This document shows positions 42,601-53,469 of a DNA stretch of 64,000 nucleotides, piece by piece (position 1 is the first letter of the stretch; the number at the start of each line of letters is the position of its first letter). Below the pieces are notes generated by a model. It saw nothing but the letters and a program-made list of their open reading frames with translations. It ran no database searches and was not told where the DNA came from. Position numbers and translations under genes: made by a program. The stretch spans positions 32,001 to 96,000 of the forward strand of contig CBDESZ010000025.1 of assembly GCA_965242725.1 (NCBI GenBank). Direction: 5' to 3'. The DNA comes from Alkalispirochaeta sp. Its GTDB lineage: Bacteria; Spirochaetota; Spirochaetia; DSM-27196; Alkalispirochaetaceae.

Positions 42601-45600
42601 ACTCTTGCCGACGGCGTGTTGCTACGACTGGGTGATGGTTCGGCGTCGACAATAAACTTTGCCTCGGTGGACAACCTGACGACGGCGAACAGCTCGAATC
42701 TCACGATCAATACGACGGGAGTGGTGACGGTGAGCGGTGCGGTGGGTGCAACGAACGCCCTCAACGCGGTGACGGTAACGCAGAGCGGGGGGACGACGTT
42801 CCAGAGTACGGTGAATGCGGCGACGGTGACGCTCACCGACACGGCGGATGGGCAGACGATCGCGTTCCAGGGGAATCTGACGGTAGGGTCCGGGATGACG
42901 ATCTCGAATGGCGGGAGTGACGCATACAACGTCTCTATTACCGGTGCTACGAATACGATCGCCGGCGACACGGACTTTCTGAATGGAGGGAGCGTCACGC
43001 TCGGTGACGGTGCCGGGGACAGTCTGACCTTTACCGGGGGGCTTGCGACGACGGGGAACGGCAGCAATCCGGGAACGGTGAACGTGGCGGGGACGGTGGC
43101 GACGGCCGGTGCGCAGATGGATATCGGGGCGTATGGAGTGAGTGCCGATGCGACATTGACGGTGGGTGCTTCGACATTGAATGCCGGAGCGGCGACGGTG
43201 GCGGATGGGGCGACGTTGACGCTGGGCGACGGCAGTGGGTCTACCATCAACGCAGGTGCGGTGGACAACACATCAACAGCGAACTCATCAAGCCTCACGA
43301 TCAATACGACGGGAGTGGTGACGGTGAGCGGTGCGGTGGGTGCAACGAACGCCCTCAACGCGGTGACGGTAACGCAGAGTGGGGGGACGACGTTCCAGAG
43401 TACGGTGGATGCGGCGACGGTGACGCTCACCGACACGGCGGATGCGGCAACGATCGCGTTCCAGGGGAATCTGACGGTGGGTTCCGGGATGACGATCTCG
43501 AATGGCGGGAGTGACGCATACAACGTCTCTATTACCGGTGCTACGAATACGATCGCCGGCGACACGGACTTTCTGAATGGAGGAAGCGCCACGCTCGGTG
43601 ACGGTGCCGGGGACAGTCTGACCTTTACCGGGGGGCTTGCGACGACGGGGAACGGCAGCAATCCGGGAACGGTGAACGTGGCGGGGACGGTGGCGACGGC
43701 CGGTACGCAGATGGACATCGGGGCGTATGGGGTGAGTGCCGATGCGACATTGACGGTTGGCGCCTCGACATTGAATGCCGGAGCGGCGACGGTGGCGGAT
43801 GGGACGACGCTGACGCTGGGCGACGGCAGTGGGTCTACCATCAACGCAGGTGCAGTGGACAACACATCAACAGCGAACTCATCAAGTCTCACGATCAATA
43901 CGACGGGAGTGGTGACGGTGAGCGGCGCGGTGGGTGCAACGAACGCCCTCAACACGGTGACGGTAACGCAGAGTGGGGGGACGACGTTCCAGAGTACGGT
44001 GAATGCGGCGACGGTGACGCTCACCGACACGGCGGATGCGGCAACGATTGCGTTCCAGGGGAATCTGACGGTGGGTTCCGGGATAACGATCTCGAATGGC
44101 GGGAGTGACGCATACGCCGTCTCTATTACCGGTGCTACGAATACGATCGCCGGCGACACGGACTTTCTGAATGGAGGAAGTGTCACGCTCGGTGACGGTG
44201 CCGGGGACAGTCTGACCTTTACCGGAGGCGTGACGGCGACGGCACCTGGGACGGTGACCGTGGCGGGAACGATTTCGACCGGCGGAGCAGGCGGACAGAA
44301 CGTGCAACTCGGTGATGGTGATACCGCTGTGGTCTTACAGGGCGATACGGCAATAAGCACCGGAGCCGCGGCTATTACGCTGGGTGGTGCAGTGAATGCC
44401 GATGCGGCGGGCAATAATCGGACGCTTACCCTGAACACAACGGGTACAACGACGTTGAGTGGAGTCGTAGGAGGCACCGAATCGCTCCTGAGTCTCACGA
44501 CCAACGTGGGCGGAACAACCGCGCTCAACGGCACGGCGGTGACGACGGCGGGGGATCAGAGCTACAACGACAATGTGACAGTCGGCGCGGGATTGACGTT
44601 GGTGACAACGGCAAACGGCGATGTGGCGTTTGGAGGAACGGTAACGGGCGCCCGGGACGTGGCGATCACCACCGATGGTACGGGAGAAGTGACACTTGGC
44701 GGTGATGTGACGGTCGGAGCGACCGCGGCTGACGCCGTACGGATTACCGCGGCGGCGATAACTCTCGCAGTCAACAGCGATATCAGTACGGCAGCGGTGG
44801 ACGGAGATATCACGTTGACCGTTGACGGACTGAATCTTGACGGGACGAACACGGTTGATGCGGGGACCGGGACGGTAACGCTGACGCCACGGACCGCCTC
44901 GTATACCGTGGAGTTTGGCGATACCGATAGCGTGTTATCGACGGACGTCTATTACAGTTCGGCGTGGAATGGTTTTACGGCGGGGTCGTTCACGGTGGGG
45001 GCGGCAGGTCACGACGGTGATATCGTGCTGACAGGCGTCGCCGGAGCGCCATATTCCCTTGATGTGATCAATGGGATTACGGGCGGAATCCGGGTTGGAG
45101 CGGACTATACGGCAAGCGACGAAGATCTCACGCTGGATGCGGGCAGCGGGGGAATTGAGATTGGGAATAATGCGGTCGCGATCAATCTCGGAACGGGAAG
45201 CCTCACGGCGGTCGATGCTCTGACCCTTACCGGTGATGCCACGATAACGGCAAATGGAGGCGTCGACTTTCAATCGACGGTGGACGGTCCCCAGGCGGTA
45301 ACGGTGAACAGCGTTGGGACAACGACCTTTGCCGATGTGATCGGATCGACAACGGCACTTGCGGCCGTCACAACGAATACCGGCGGAACGGCGAACATCA
45401 ACGGCGGCGAAGTGACCACGACGGGAAACCAGGACTTTGGTGATAACGTTGTCCTGGCCGCAGACACTACATTTATCGCGAATGCGGGGAGCGAAGTGCG
45501 CTTCCGGGGAACCCTCGGCGGCGGCGGAACGGCCCGAAGTGTGACGGTAACGACGGCGAACGCACGATTTGACGGCGCGGTAGGTGGCGCGGGGAACCTC

Positions 45601-48600
45601 ATTTCAACGCTTGATGTAGACGGGACGACGCGGATCGACGCGGCGTCGATCACAACATCAGGTACGCAAACATACATCGGGGCGGTAACGGTGGGCGCCG
45701 ATACGATATTGACCGCGACGGACTCGGCCATAGGCTTTGGCGCCGGAATTGACGGAAATACATCGGGCGGAGAGAGCCTCCAGATTGAGGCAGGAACCGC
45801 AGACATCACAATCGGCGGGACCATCGGCGCTGTCCAACCCCTCCAATCCCTGACCATATCCGGAAACGACATCGAACTTGCGGGAATCGGCGCCGACACG
45901 CCTGCAGACCCCGGCGTCGCCGGCAACGCCACGGTGACTGCCGACAATGACGGTCGTATCACCCTGCTGGGCACCAACTATCGTACCGGCGGCAATCAGA
46001 CCTATATAGATACGACCTCAGCGAACGGAATCGTTTTTCAAACCGGCGCGGACGGGTCCATCCAGGCTGCCGGCGCATCAGGCGTGACCTTCAACGGCGA
46101 TCTGTATCTCGACGCTACCGGCGTTACCGTCACACTTCTGTCGAATATGGACGTTTCCGGGCGCCTGGTGGGTTATCGGGGCAGCTGGGATATTGCCGGT
46201 CACACCATCACCGTCGGTGGCGATTTCGTCCTCTTCGGAGCTGCCTATGAACCTGATGATCTTGATTTCACTACGGCCGACAACAGGCGATTTGCGTATC
46301 CCGACCTCAGGGAAGACGCGACGGTCCTGCGATACTTCCCGGGGACGGCACCCGGAGGCGGTACATACGACAGCTCCGACGCCACATTTTCGGCGGGCAC
46401 TCCCGCCTTCGCGTTTGCCGGTAACGGCCTCGATGGTGCATCCCTCGACGTCGCGCGGAGATTTCTACGTAAACGGTCTCGATCTTACCGCCGGCGCTGA
46501 TTGGAATCTCGCGGTGGCGGACAACACCGACGCCGACCCCTACGCTGATTCCAATTACCTCTGGGGCCAGCCATATTCGGTATTCCTCCACGGTGAGGTC
46601 TCCCGTTCGCAAATATCAAATCCGCTGTCCGGTTCCATTGCGGCGGCCGTAGTTGCCGCCGGTCATACCAATAACGGTGTCGCTCCCAATAGTGATAGCG
46701 GTGATACAAACACTGAGTGGGCATGGAACGGCGGCTCCCCGATACCCGGATGGGACTTCCTCGCTCCACGGATAGCCAGCGCCGCCATCCGGAAAGACGA
46801 CGTCATCCACCTTCAGCTGAACACCTACGTGACCAATCTCGACACCGATACGGGCACGTCCGGATGGCAGGGGGCAATTAACGATCGGACACCGATGGTG
46901 CAATACGACGGTGACTCGATTGCGTTTGACTCGGCATGGAAGGATGAACTCCTGACTGCCACAACCGACGACTCGCCCCCCGCCGCCCTGGACCGCCTTC
47001 TTTTTTCGTACCACCGGCGTCAGGTGGAGATACAGACGCAACCGCGTACAAGTGCCAGCGCGTCCCCGGGCGGAAACGGCACCGACAGGACGGGCTCCCA
47101 GCAAACGACGGTTCCCGATATTTCCTGGACCAAGGGCATCTTTCACAGCGCAGGCGGCAGAAACCCCGCAATCAACTACAATCGGGAACGGGCGAACGCC
47201 GCTCCGGCCCAACCGGCGCCGGTTTGGGACGGAACGGTCGATGAGGCGGGTCCGGTACTCCACACAATAGAGTACGGCCGTGCCGCCAGCCCCGCCCAGA
47301 CAAATCCTGGCCGACCCTATGACGGCCATAACTTCTTCCACCTCTACTATTCGGAGCCGGTACAGATCGGTACGGCGACCTGGGGCGGTGGACAGCTTAC
47401 CACTGCGGAAAATGCTCAAAGCGCAACCGCTCTCTCCGCCGCCGCCGGGGAGGTCGGCGGCGATATCCGCGATTCCGCCGACCAGAGCGGCGCGACCGGG
47501 CGCTGGACGGACGTGGTTGGGTATTTCCGTTACGACGCCACGTTGAACGGCGCCGTGATGCAACGCGGTACCCGTCCGGGAATCACACCCCCCGTACCTG
47601 CCGGAACGGCCAACGCCCTCTATCGGGCCGATTCAAACGAGCCCGCCGTTTTTACGGATGCACCTGCCCCGATGACTTCGGTTTCCCAGGATCAGCAACT
47701 GCGCATCTATCTATCGGGATACAGTATCGGCGGCGACGGGGACCGCTTCCCCGGCTGGCACGCCAACGTTCCCGATCCGGCGACGGTGACAGATATTGAC
47801 GTGGTCGCAAACAACTTTATTGTCGATCAGGCAGACAACCCGGTCGATCACACAATCGACACTGCCGTAACACGGGTCCGCGAAACGACCTACGGCGGGA
47901 ATGTTGCCGCCCCCACGCCGGATGCAGTCGCCGACTGGCTTACCGGCTGGGACGTCGACGGGCCGACCATATCGACATATCAGGTAGAGACACCGGTGGA
48001 AGACAGCAAGTATGAAATCATCACACAGGCGACCGGCGATCCCAATTTCATGAACCGGTTGGAGATGCACGTTCTTGATAACGCCTCCGTCGATCTGTCC
48101 GCCGCGCCCGATCCGTTGAATCCCGTGGACGGGGGCCTGCCGGAATGGTGGGATCCCGAGAACCTTGCCGCCGATCCCTCGCCGGAAACATCAGACTACA
48201 CGCATCCCAACGACCGATCCAATGAAGGCGTCCGGGATTCCTCCTGGAACTTTCCCGACGGACTGACCGAGCATGACGCCTTCTCTCTGGAGCAGGTTTC
48301 ATCCGATCCTTATAGCCCGGACTTTCCGTTGACGAACGCCTTTAACACGGGTTTCGACACGGCCGTGGACACCATTCTTTTCACCGGCGGCACGCCGATC
48401 AACAGGGCAAACGACTCGTACCTTGCCCTGACGCTGCAGGATTCGGGCCACTCCTGGGGGCCGCAGACAAACGTGTGGGTCGCCTATGACAACACGCAGG
48501 CATACATCACCGACCTAGCCGGAAACCTCCTGCCAAGTACGACCTATCCGCTGCGGACGATCGACCGATCTCCGCCGGGTATCATCCTTTCCCTCGCGAG

Positions 48601-49672
48601 TGCCGACCGGGATCGGATGTACGTGAAGTTTTCGGAGCCGGTCTACGGTGACGCCGGCGGCTCGATTCCCATCGATCAGTCGGACCTCACCATCTCCGGC
48701 GGCACGGGGTCCTACGCCGTCACCTCCATTACTGCGGCGGACGGCTCGGGCAGCCTTCTTGGAAAGGCGGAGTTTCTCCTTGACCTGGATGGGCCACTCA
48801 TCGCCGACGATCTTCTGTCGTCAACGATACAGCCCGCCGCCGGCAACGCGATTTACGACGACACCGCGAATCCGATGTCCGCCGCTTCCACCCGCCCGAT
48901 CACCGACGTCCTCCTCGGTGTCGTCAGGCCCGTCTGGGCCACCGACGCCATCGGTATCGGCGATCTGCGCACTGTTCGAACCTTTGACGGCACCGGTCCC
49001 GAACTCGCGACTACCGACATTACCCTGCAGGGTGCCCTCCACGGGGATCTCCCGCCGGCGCTTCCTGTCCGTCTCTATTACGACCTGGAAGTCCCGGCGG
49101 CGCGGAAGGTCGGGGACTACTGGACCGCCGTAACTGCTCCGGGACTGCAACCGACGCCGAACGGTGACGCCCGGAATCTCGCACCCATCGAAACCAACGG
49201 GGCTTTGCGGACCTTCGTCATTCCCGGCAGCGACGCGGAAGTCGCCGAAGGTGGAACGCTGGAATTCCAGTTCACCCTGGAGGTCGGAGGAAACGAGAAG
49301 AACACCGCCCGCCTCACCGACGCCGATGATCCCCGTACCATTGCGCCGTGGATACTCAACCTCGGACTGGGATACATCCCGCAACGCGGCGGCGTTACCA
49401 TTCTCAATAACGTCATCTATCCTGAACGGGACGAGAGTTCGATCCTTCTGTACGAAATCGACCGTCCGGGCATCGTGACGATACACGTCTTCACCCTCGA
49501 CGGGAGCATCGTCCGCACCCTTCAACGGGGACGGCTGGGCAGCGGTGAATACCGCACCGCCTGGGACGGCCGCAATAACAGCGGGGCGATCGTCGCCCGG
49601 GGAATCTACTTCATTCGAATCGTCGCGCCGGGCATCGACGAGTACCGCAAAGTCATCGTCGCCAAGGATTGA
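30625..49672 (+). CDS. Giant secreted repeat-rich adhesin-like protein (~6,350 aa) with C-terminal FlgD-Ig-like domain; interrupted by three single-base frameshifts (sequence error or pseudogene)
   Basis: ORFs 30625-31107, 31130-32314, 32311-46500 and 46193-49672 join by single-base indels at ~31030, ~32275 and ~46456. RBS AAGGAG and signal peptide (VGGVWG/QSQ); T/A/G/V/D-rich haemagglutinin-like beta-helical repeats; C-terminus VTILNNVI...FTLDG..VRTL...WDGRN..G..VARGIYFIRI...RKVIVAKD. Confidence 0.8.
38170..41095 (+). repeat. Six tandem 498/504-bp (166/168-aa) intragenic repeats with 1506-bp higher-order period
   Basis: GACACCCAGGCG at 38179, 38683, 39181, 39685, 40189 and 40687. Confidence 0.95.
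41064..42548 (+). repeat. ~1.49-kb direct repeat, copy 1
   Basis: Near-identical to 44211-45695 (offset 3147); identical shadow ORFs at 41415 and 44562. Confidence 0.95.
42667..44220 (+). repeat. ~2.6 tandem 594-bp (198-aa) repeats
   Basis: GTGGACAAC at 42667, 43261 and 43855. Confidence 0.93.
44211..45695 (+). repeat. ~1.49-kb direct repeat, copy 2
   Basis: Near-identical to 41064-42548. Confidence 0.95.
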
Positions 49673-49694
49673 CGCCGCAGTCGCCACACCTCCG

Positions 49695-50708
49695 CTACAG
49701 CCACTCCACCGTCACCGCCACACCCGTGGTGGCGCCGGTGATAGTCACCGGCTTCCACACTTCCTCCCAGAGGGACGAGCTCTCGGTGACCACGGTGGAA
49801 CTGAGCCAGCGCCACTTCATGGGGAAGACGCCGTTCAGGGCGGTGTACGCTCCGGTAAAGGGATCGACGTAGGTGACGTATGGACCGGAAAAGCGCCATC
49901 CCGTCTCGCCCGCCATTGACGAAACCGCGCAGGTTGCCTCACCGGACCAGGCGCCGCCGGCAATGTCCAGATCGATCGTCGCGTAGGACGTGTCACCGTC
50001 CATTCGGTGCTGGGCAAGGCAGGTACTGGAATCGTCGGCGGGAGTGAGGGTCAGCAGCGGATTGTTGGTATTGCCCGAAACCGAGGCGGTAAAGGTCCCG
50101 CCCGCCGTCACCTCGGTCGACCATTCAATTGTGTGGGATATCGTCTGCAGTGTGACGTGGGCATCGGTGACTGCATCGGCGGTTACCTCCACGGGCGTCG
50201 CCGTTGCCCCCGAGCCGAGGAGCGTCGCCGTGGTTCCCGCCTTTTTGCCCGCCAGGACGAGGACGCGATACAGACCCGGCAACAATTCAAACTCCACCGT
50301 CGGTGCCTCACTCACCGGCAGCTCGATCGTCTGTTCCGCCGCAACGACGGGAATATCGGCGATCTCGGGTGCCACCGGTACGGATGAGGCTTCGAGAACG
50401 ACGATTTCCACCACGTCCGCAGCCGCGATCGCCGAGGGCGTGTCCACCGCCAGCGTACCTACCGATGAGCCAAATCCATCGGGCAGGTGGAGGGCGAGGG
50501 TGCCCCTGCCTCGGTCTACGCCGGGTACGGCCCCGCCTGGTCCGCCTCCAGTGCCTCCGCCGTCCCGCGGAGAGCTTCCGTCCCCGGGAATACCGCATCC
50601 AGCGGCGACGCCTATGACGCACGCCGCAACAACCACCGCCGCCAGCCGGCGCATCAGTACAGCCCGTGCCGGTTTCACTCCGGTCCCGTGAGAAAAAAGA
50701 ACTTCCAT
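49695..50708 (-). CDS. Hypothetical lipoprotein (beta-rich)
   Basis: RBS AAGGAGG before ATG 50708; lipobox VAAGC; Gly-rich linker. Confidence 0.7.
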   Translation of the reverse strand: MEVLFSHGTGVKPARAVLMRRLAAVVVAACVIGVAAGCGIPGDGSSPRDGGGTGGGPGGAVPGVDRGRGTLALHLPDGFGSSVGTLAVDTPSAIAAADVVEIVVLEASSVPVAPEIADIPVVAAEQTIELPVSEAPTVEFELLPGLYRVLVLAGKKAGTTATLLGSGATATPVEVTADAVTDAHVTLQTISHTIEWSTEVTAGGTFTASVSGNTNNPLLTLTPADDSSTCLAQHRMDGDTSYATIDLDIAGGAWSGEATCAVSSMAGETGWRFSGPYVTYVDPFTGAYTALNGVFPMKWRWLSSTVVTESSSLWEEVWKPVTITGATTGVAVTVEWL

Positions 50709-50884
50709 GACCGCCTCCTTCACATGTGTGTATCGAATATGCCTGCCGATACCCACCGCCCCTTTGAGGTGGTCGCTTGAGTTGGTCATGGGATGAATGG
50801 TTATTGATGTGCCTGCTCTGAATCTATCGCCTGTTCCATCTGCGGATCGGGCTCGTTCCCATCATCCCGGAATGCATGCACATA

Positions 50885-50995
50885 GTTGTCCAGAATCGTC
50901 CGGTCCGGCACGGTGACGCGTCCGATTTCATGGAGACAGGAAATCTCCAGCCGCACAATGGGTGAATATACAGGGCGTGCATGATCCAATGCCGC
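50885..50995 (-). pseudogene. Internal fragment of a PIN/VapC toxin
   Basis: YSPIVRLEISCLHEIGRVTVPDRTILD resembles the ISP.VRLELQYL.EIGR segment of PIN proteins; no start or end. Confidence 0.5.
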
Positions 50996-51050
50996 GCCGC
51001 CGAACCCGGCCATCCTCGAACAATCCCGTCTCCTGTTGTATAATCCTCCC

Positions 51051-51761
51051 GTGCGCGTATTAGTGATTGAAGATGACTCAACCATCGCCCGTTATCTCAA
51101 AAAGGGTCTCGGCGAGGCGGGCTATCGCGTGGATCACCTTTCCACCGCGGAGGAGGCTCTCGGCGCCGCCACCCTCAATGAGTATGACGTCCTGGTGGTG
51201 GATCTCATGCTGCCCGGCAAGGACGGTCTGTGGCTCATCGGAGAGCTCAGGGATCGGCGCGTCAGGACGCCCATCATGATCCTCAGCGCGCGACAGACGG
51301 TGGACGACCGCATCACCGGTCTGCGCGCCGGCGGCGACGACTATCTCACTAAGCCCTTCTCCTTTTCCGAGCTCCAGGCGCGCCTGGAGGCGCTTATACG
51401 CCGTTCCGGGCTGGGTGAAAATGAACGGAACGTCACCGAAGCGCACCGCACGGTGACGTCACTTTCCGAGGGAGATATCGAGCTTGACCTCCTGTCCCGT
51501 CAGGTACGGCGACAGGGCAGCGCGGTGGAGCTCCAGCCCCGGGAGTTTTCCCTTCTTGAGTTTTTTCTCCGTCATCCCGGGCAGGTTCTCACCAAAACGA
51601 TGATCCTCGAGCATGTGTGGAGCTACGATTTCGATCCCCAGACAAATGTGGTGGACGTCCTCGTCTCACGGCTGCGGTCCAAGATTGACCGCGATTTTGA
51701 ACCCAAGGTGATTCACACCGTTCGCGGTGTGGGGTATGTCTTCAAGCCCGAGGGAGCGTGA
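51051..51761 (+). CDS. OmpR/CusR family response regulator
   Basis: VIEDD, DLMLP, GGDDYLTKPF, NVVDVLVSRLRSKID and HTVRGVGY. Confidence 0.95.
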   Translation: MRVLVIEDDSTIARYLKKGLGEAGYRVDHLSTAEEALGAATLNEYDVLVVDLMLPGKDGLWLIGELRDRRVRTPIMILSARQTVDDRITGLRAGGDDYLTKPFSFSELQARLEALIRRSGLGENERNVTEAHRTVTSLSEGDIELDLLSRQVRRQGSAVELQPREFSLLEFFLRHPGQVLTKTMILEHVWSYDFDPQTNVVDVLVSRLRSKIDRDFEPKVIHTVRGVGYVFKPEGA

Positions 51762-53179
51762 TGGAACGACGTCAGTCATCAACGCCCGGAGCGGCCCTTC
51801 CCGGCGTGAGCATTCGCGTCCGCCTCACCCTGGTCTATACCGCGGTGGCCACCCTCGGTGTGGTGCTTATCTTCGGGCTCACCTTCTTCTCCCTCTACCG
51901 TACGCTGAAACAGGATGAACTGCGGGACATGCAGCAGCGCCTCCTGAGTTACTGGGCCCAGTTCCAGACGGGCGGCGTGGAACTCCTGCGGGAGCAGATT
52001 CAGGTGGATAACCTGGTGGTGGGGGAGCGACCCTTTGTGGTACGCCTGGCCGACCGCGCCAACGAGACCCTCTTCTTCAGCTATCCCCAGGTGTGGGAGA
52101 GCTTTTCCGTCTCCCGCCTTGAAGTGCTCCCCCTCGACGGGGAGGGGCTGATCGTCCTCAACTCTCCGGATTACGAGTTCGCAATCGAGGTGGGCGGGCT
52201 GTGGCTCTCCGACGACTACTACCTGCAGCTCGGCCTCTCCACGGAAACACGGACGCGGCTCCTCGCCCTCTTTCGACGCAACTTCGTCCTCATCGCGGTG
52301 GTGGTGGTGATCGCCGGTTTCGTGGTGGGCCTCATTATCGCGGGACGCGCCTTCCGGCCTATCGCCCGGGTTACCCGGGTTGCCCAGCAGATCGTCGATA
52401 CGGGACGCCTCGACGCCCGGGTGGAACCAGGAGCCGGTGCCGACGAGCTGAGCCACCTTGTCCATTTGATGAACCGCATGCTCGACCGTATCAGCACGCT
52501 TGTGGACAGTATGCGGGATACCGTCGACATGGTTGCCCACGATTTGCGCACTCCCATTACGCGCCTCCGGGCGCAGGCGGAACTGGCGTTGCGGGACGGA
52601 TCGCCGGAGGAGATGGAAGGCGCGCTGGCGGGGACGGTGGAACAGTCCGATGAGATCCTCAGGCTGGTGAACACGCTCCTCGATATCACGGAGGCGGAAA
52701 GCGGAGTGATGCGGTTGAATTACCAGCGGATCGAGCTGCCTGCGCTCCTCAACGAAGTTCGAAATTTATATGAAATGGTTGCAGAAGAGCGGGGGATTAC
52801 AATCGAGATCTCCGGTGACGACGGCGCGATCGTGGAGGCGGACCGGCTGCGGCTGCGACAGGTGGTGACCAACCTGGTGGACAATGCGGTGAAGTATTGC
52901 CGCGAGAACGGCCGTGTCACCCTCCGGGCCGAACGTGTGGAAGGGGCGGTGCGTATTCACGTGGCGGATACGGGTCCCGGCCTTGATCCCGATGAGCGCG
53001 ACCGTGTCTGGGATCGCATGTACCGCGGCCCCATCCAGCCCGCCCAGCGCGGCCTCGGCCTGGGCCTGAGTCTCGTGAAGGCGGTGACCGCCGCCCACGG
53101 CGGCCGGGCGTGGGTTGAATCGGCGCGCGGGGAAGGCGCGGAATTTGTAGTGGAGCTCCCTGAAAGGATTGTCAAGTGA
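51758..53179 (+). CDS. HAMP-domain sensor histidine kinase
   Basis: Two TM, HAMP, AHDLRTP, NLVDNAVKY, DTGPG and GLGLGLS. Confidence 0.95.
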   Translation: MMERRQSSTPGAALPGVSIRVRLTLVYTAVATLGVVLIFGLTFFSLYRTLKQDELRDMQQRLLSYWAQFQTGGVELLREQIQVDNLVVGERPFVVRLADRANETLFFSYPQVWESFSVSRLEVLPLDGEGLIVLNSPDYEFAIEVGGLWLSDDYYLQLGLSTETRTRLLALFRRNFVLIAVVVVIAGFVVGLIIAGRAFRPIARVTRVAQQIVDTGRLDARVEPGAGADELSHLVHLMNRMLDRISTLVDSMRDTVDMVAHDLRTPITRLRAQAELALRDGSPEEMEGALAGTVEQSDEILRLVNTLLDITEAESGVMRLNYQRIELPALLNEVRNLYEMVAEERGITIEISGDDGAIVEADRLRLRQVVTNLVDNAVKYCRENGRVTLRAERVEGAVRIHVADTGPGLDPDERDRVWDRMYRGPIQPAQRGLGLGLSLVKAVTAAHGGRAWVESARGEGAEFVVELPERIVK

Positions 53180-53469
53180 GTGTGTTTGAAATCATCATGC
53201 TGGTCTGTTTTGGACTGGCCTGGCCTTTTTCCATTCGGAAATCTCTGAAGACGAGGGAGGTCGGCTCCAAGAGCATGGTCTTCCTCTTTGCCCTGCTCAT
53301 CGGGTATGTGGCGGGGATTCTCCATAAGCTCTTTTACCTTATGGACGGCGTCATCGTCCTCTACATTCTCAACGGCACGATGGTCTCCATAGACATCGTT
53401 CTTACATACAGAAATCGGCTCTATCAGATTCGGCGCAGCCTGCACGCTGCGGAAGGGGAGGCTCATTGA
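53176..53469 (+). CDS. Small 3-TM PQ-loop/SemiSWEET-like protein
   Basis: MLVCFGLAWP.SI.KS...KS..FL; three hydrophobic helices. Confidence 0.6.
   Translation: MSVFEIIMLVCFGLAWPFSIRKSLKTREVGSKSMVFLFALLIGYVAGILHKLFYLMDGVIVLYILNGTMVSIDIVLTYRNRLYQIRRSLHAAEGEAH

Noticed and set aside
37602..44534. Very long antisense ORFs (1096 aa at 37602-40892, 803 aa at 42123-44534) and other minus-strand ORFs over the giant gene
   Set aside because: Shadow frames of Thr/Ala/Gly/Val-rich, GC-rich coding repeats. They show V/P/A/S bias and no motifs.
38170..45695. Repeat arrays as possible CRISPR or diversity-generating retroelement template/variable repeats
   Set aside because: Units are 500-1500 bp, in-frame and coding, with no spacers. 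No cas or reverse transcriptase gene is in the window, and differences are not visibly adenine-specific.
31025..46460. Programmed frameshifting or phase variation at the giant-gene junctions
   Set aside because: No slippery heptamer or long homopolymer or SSR at the sites. Clustered single-base insertions nearby point to consensus error or decay.
26800..51040. Prophage, integron or ICE explanation for the accessory region
   Set aside because: No integrase, transposase, phage structural or conjugation genes, attC-like array or tRNA attachment site was recognised.
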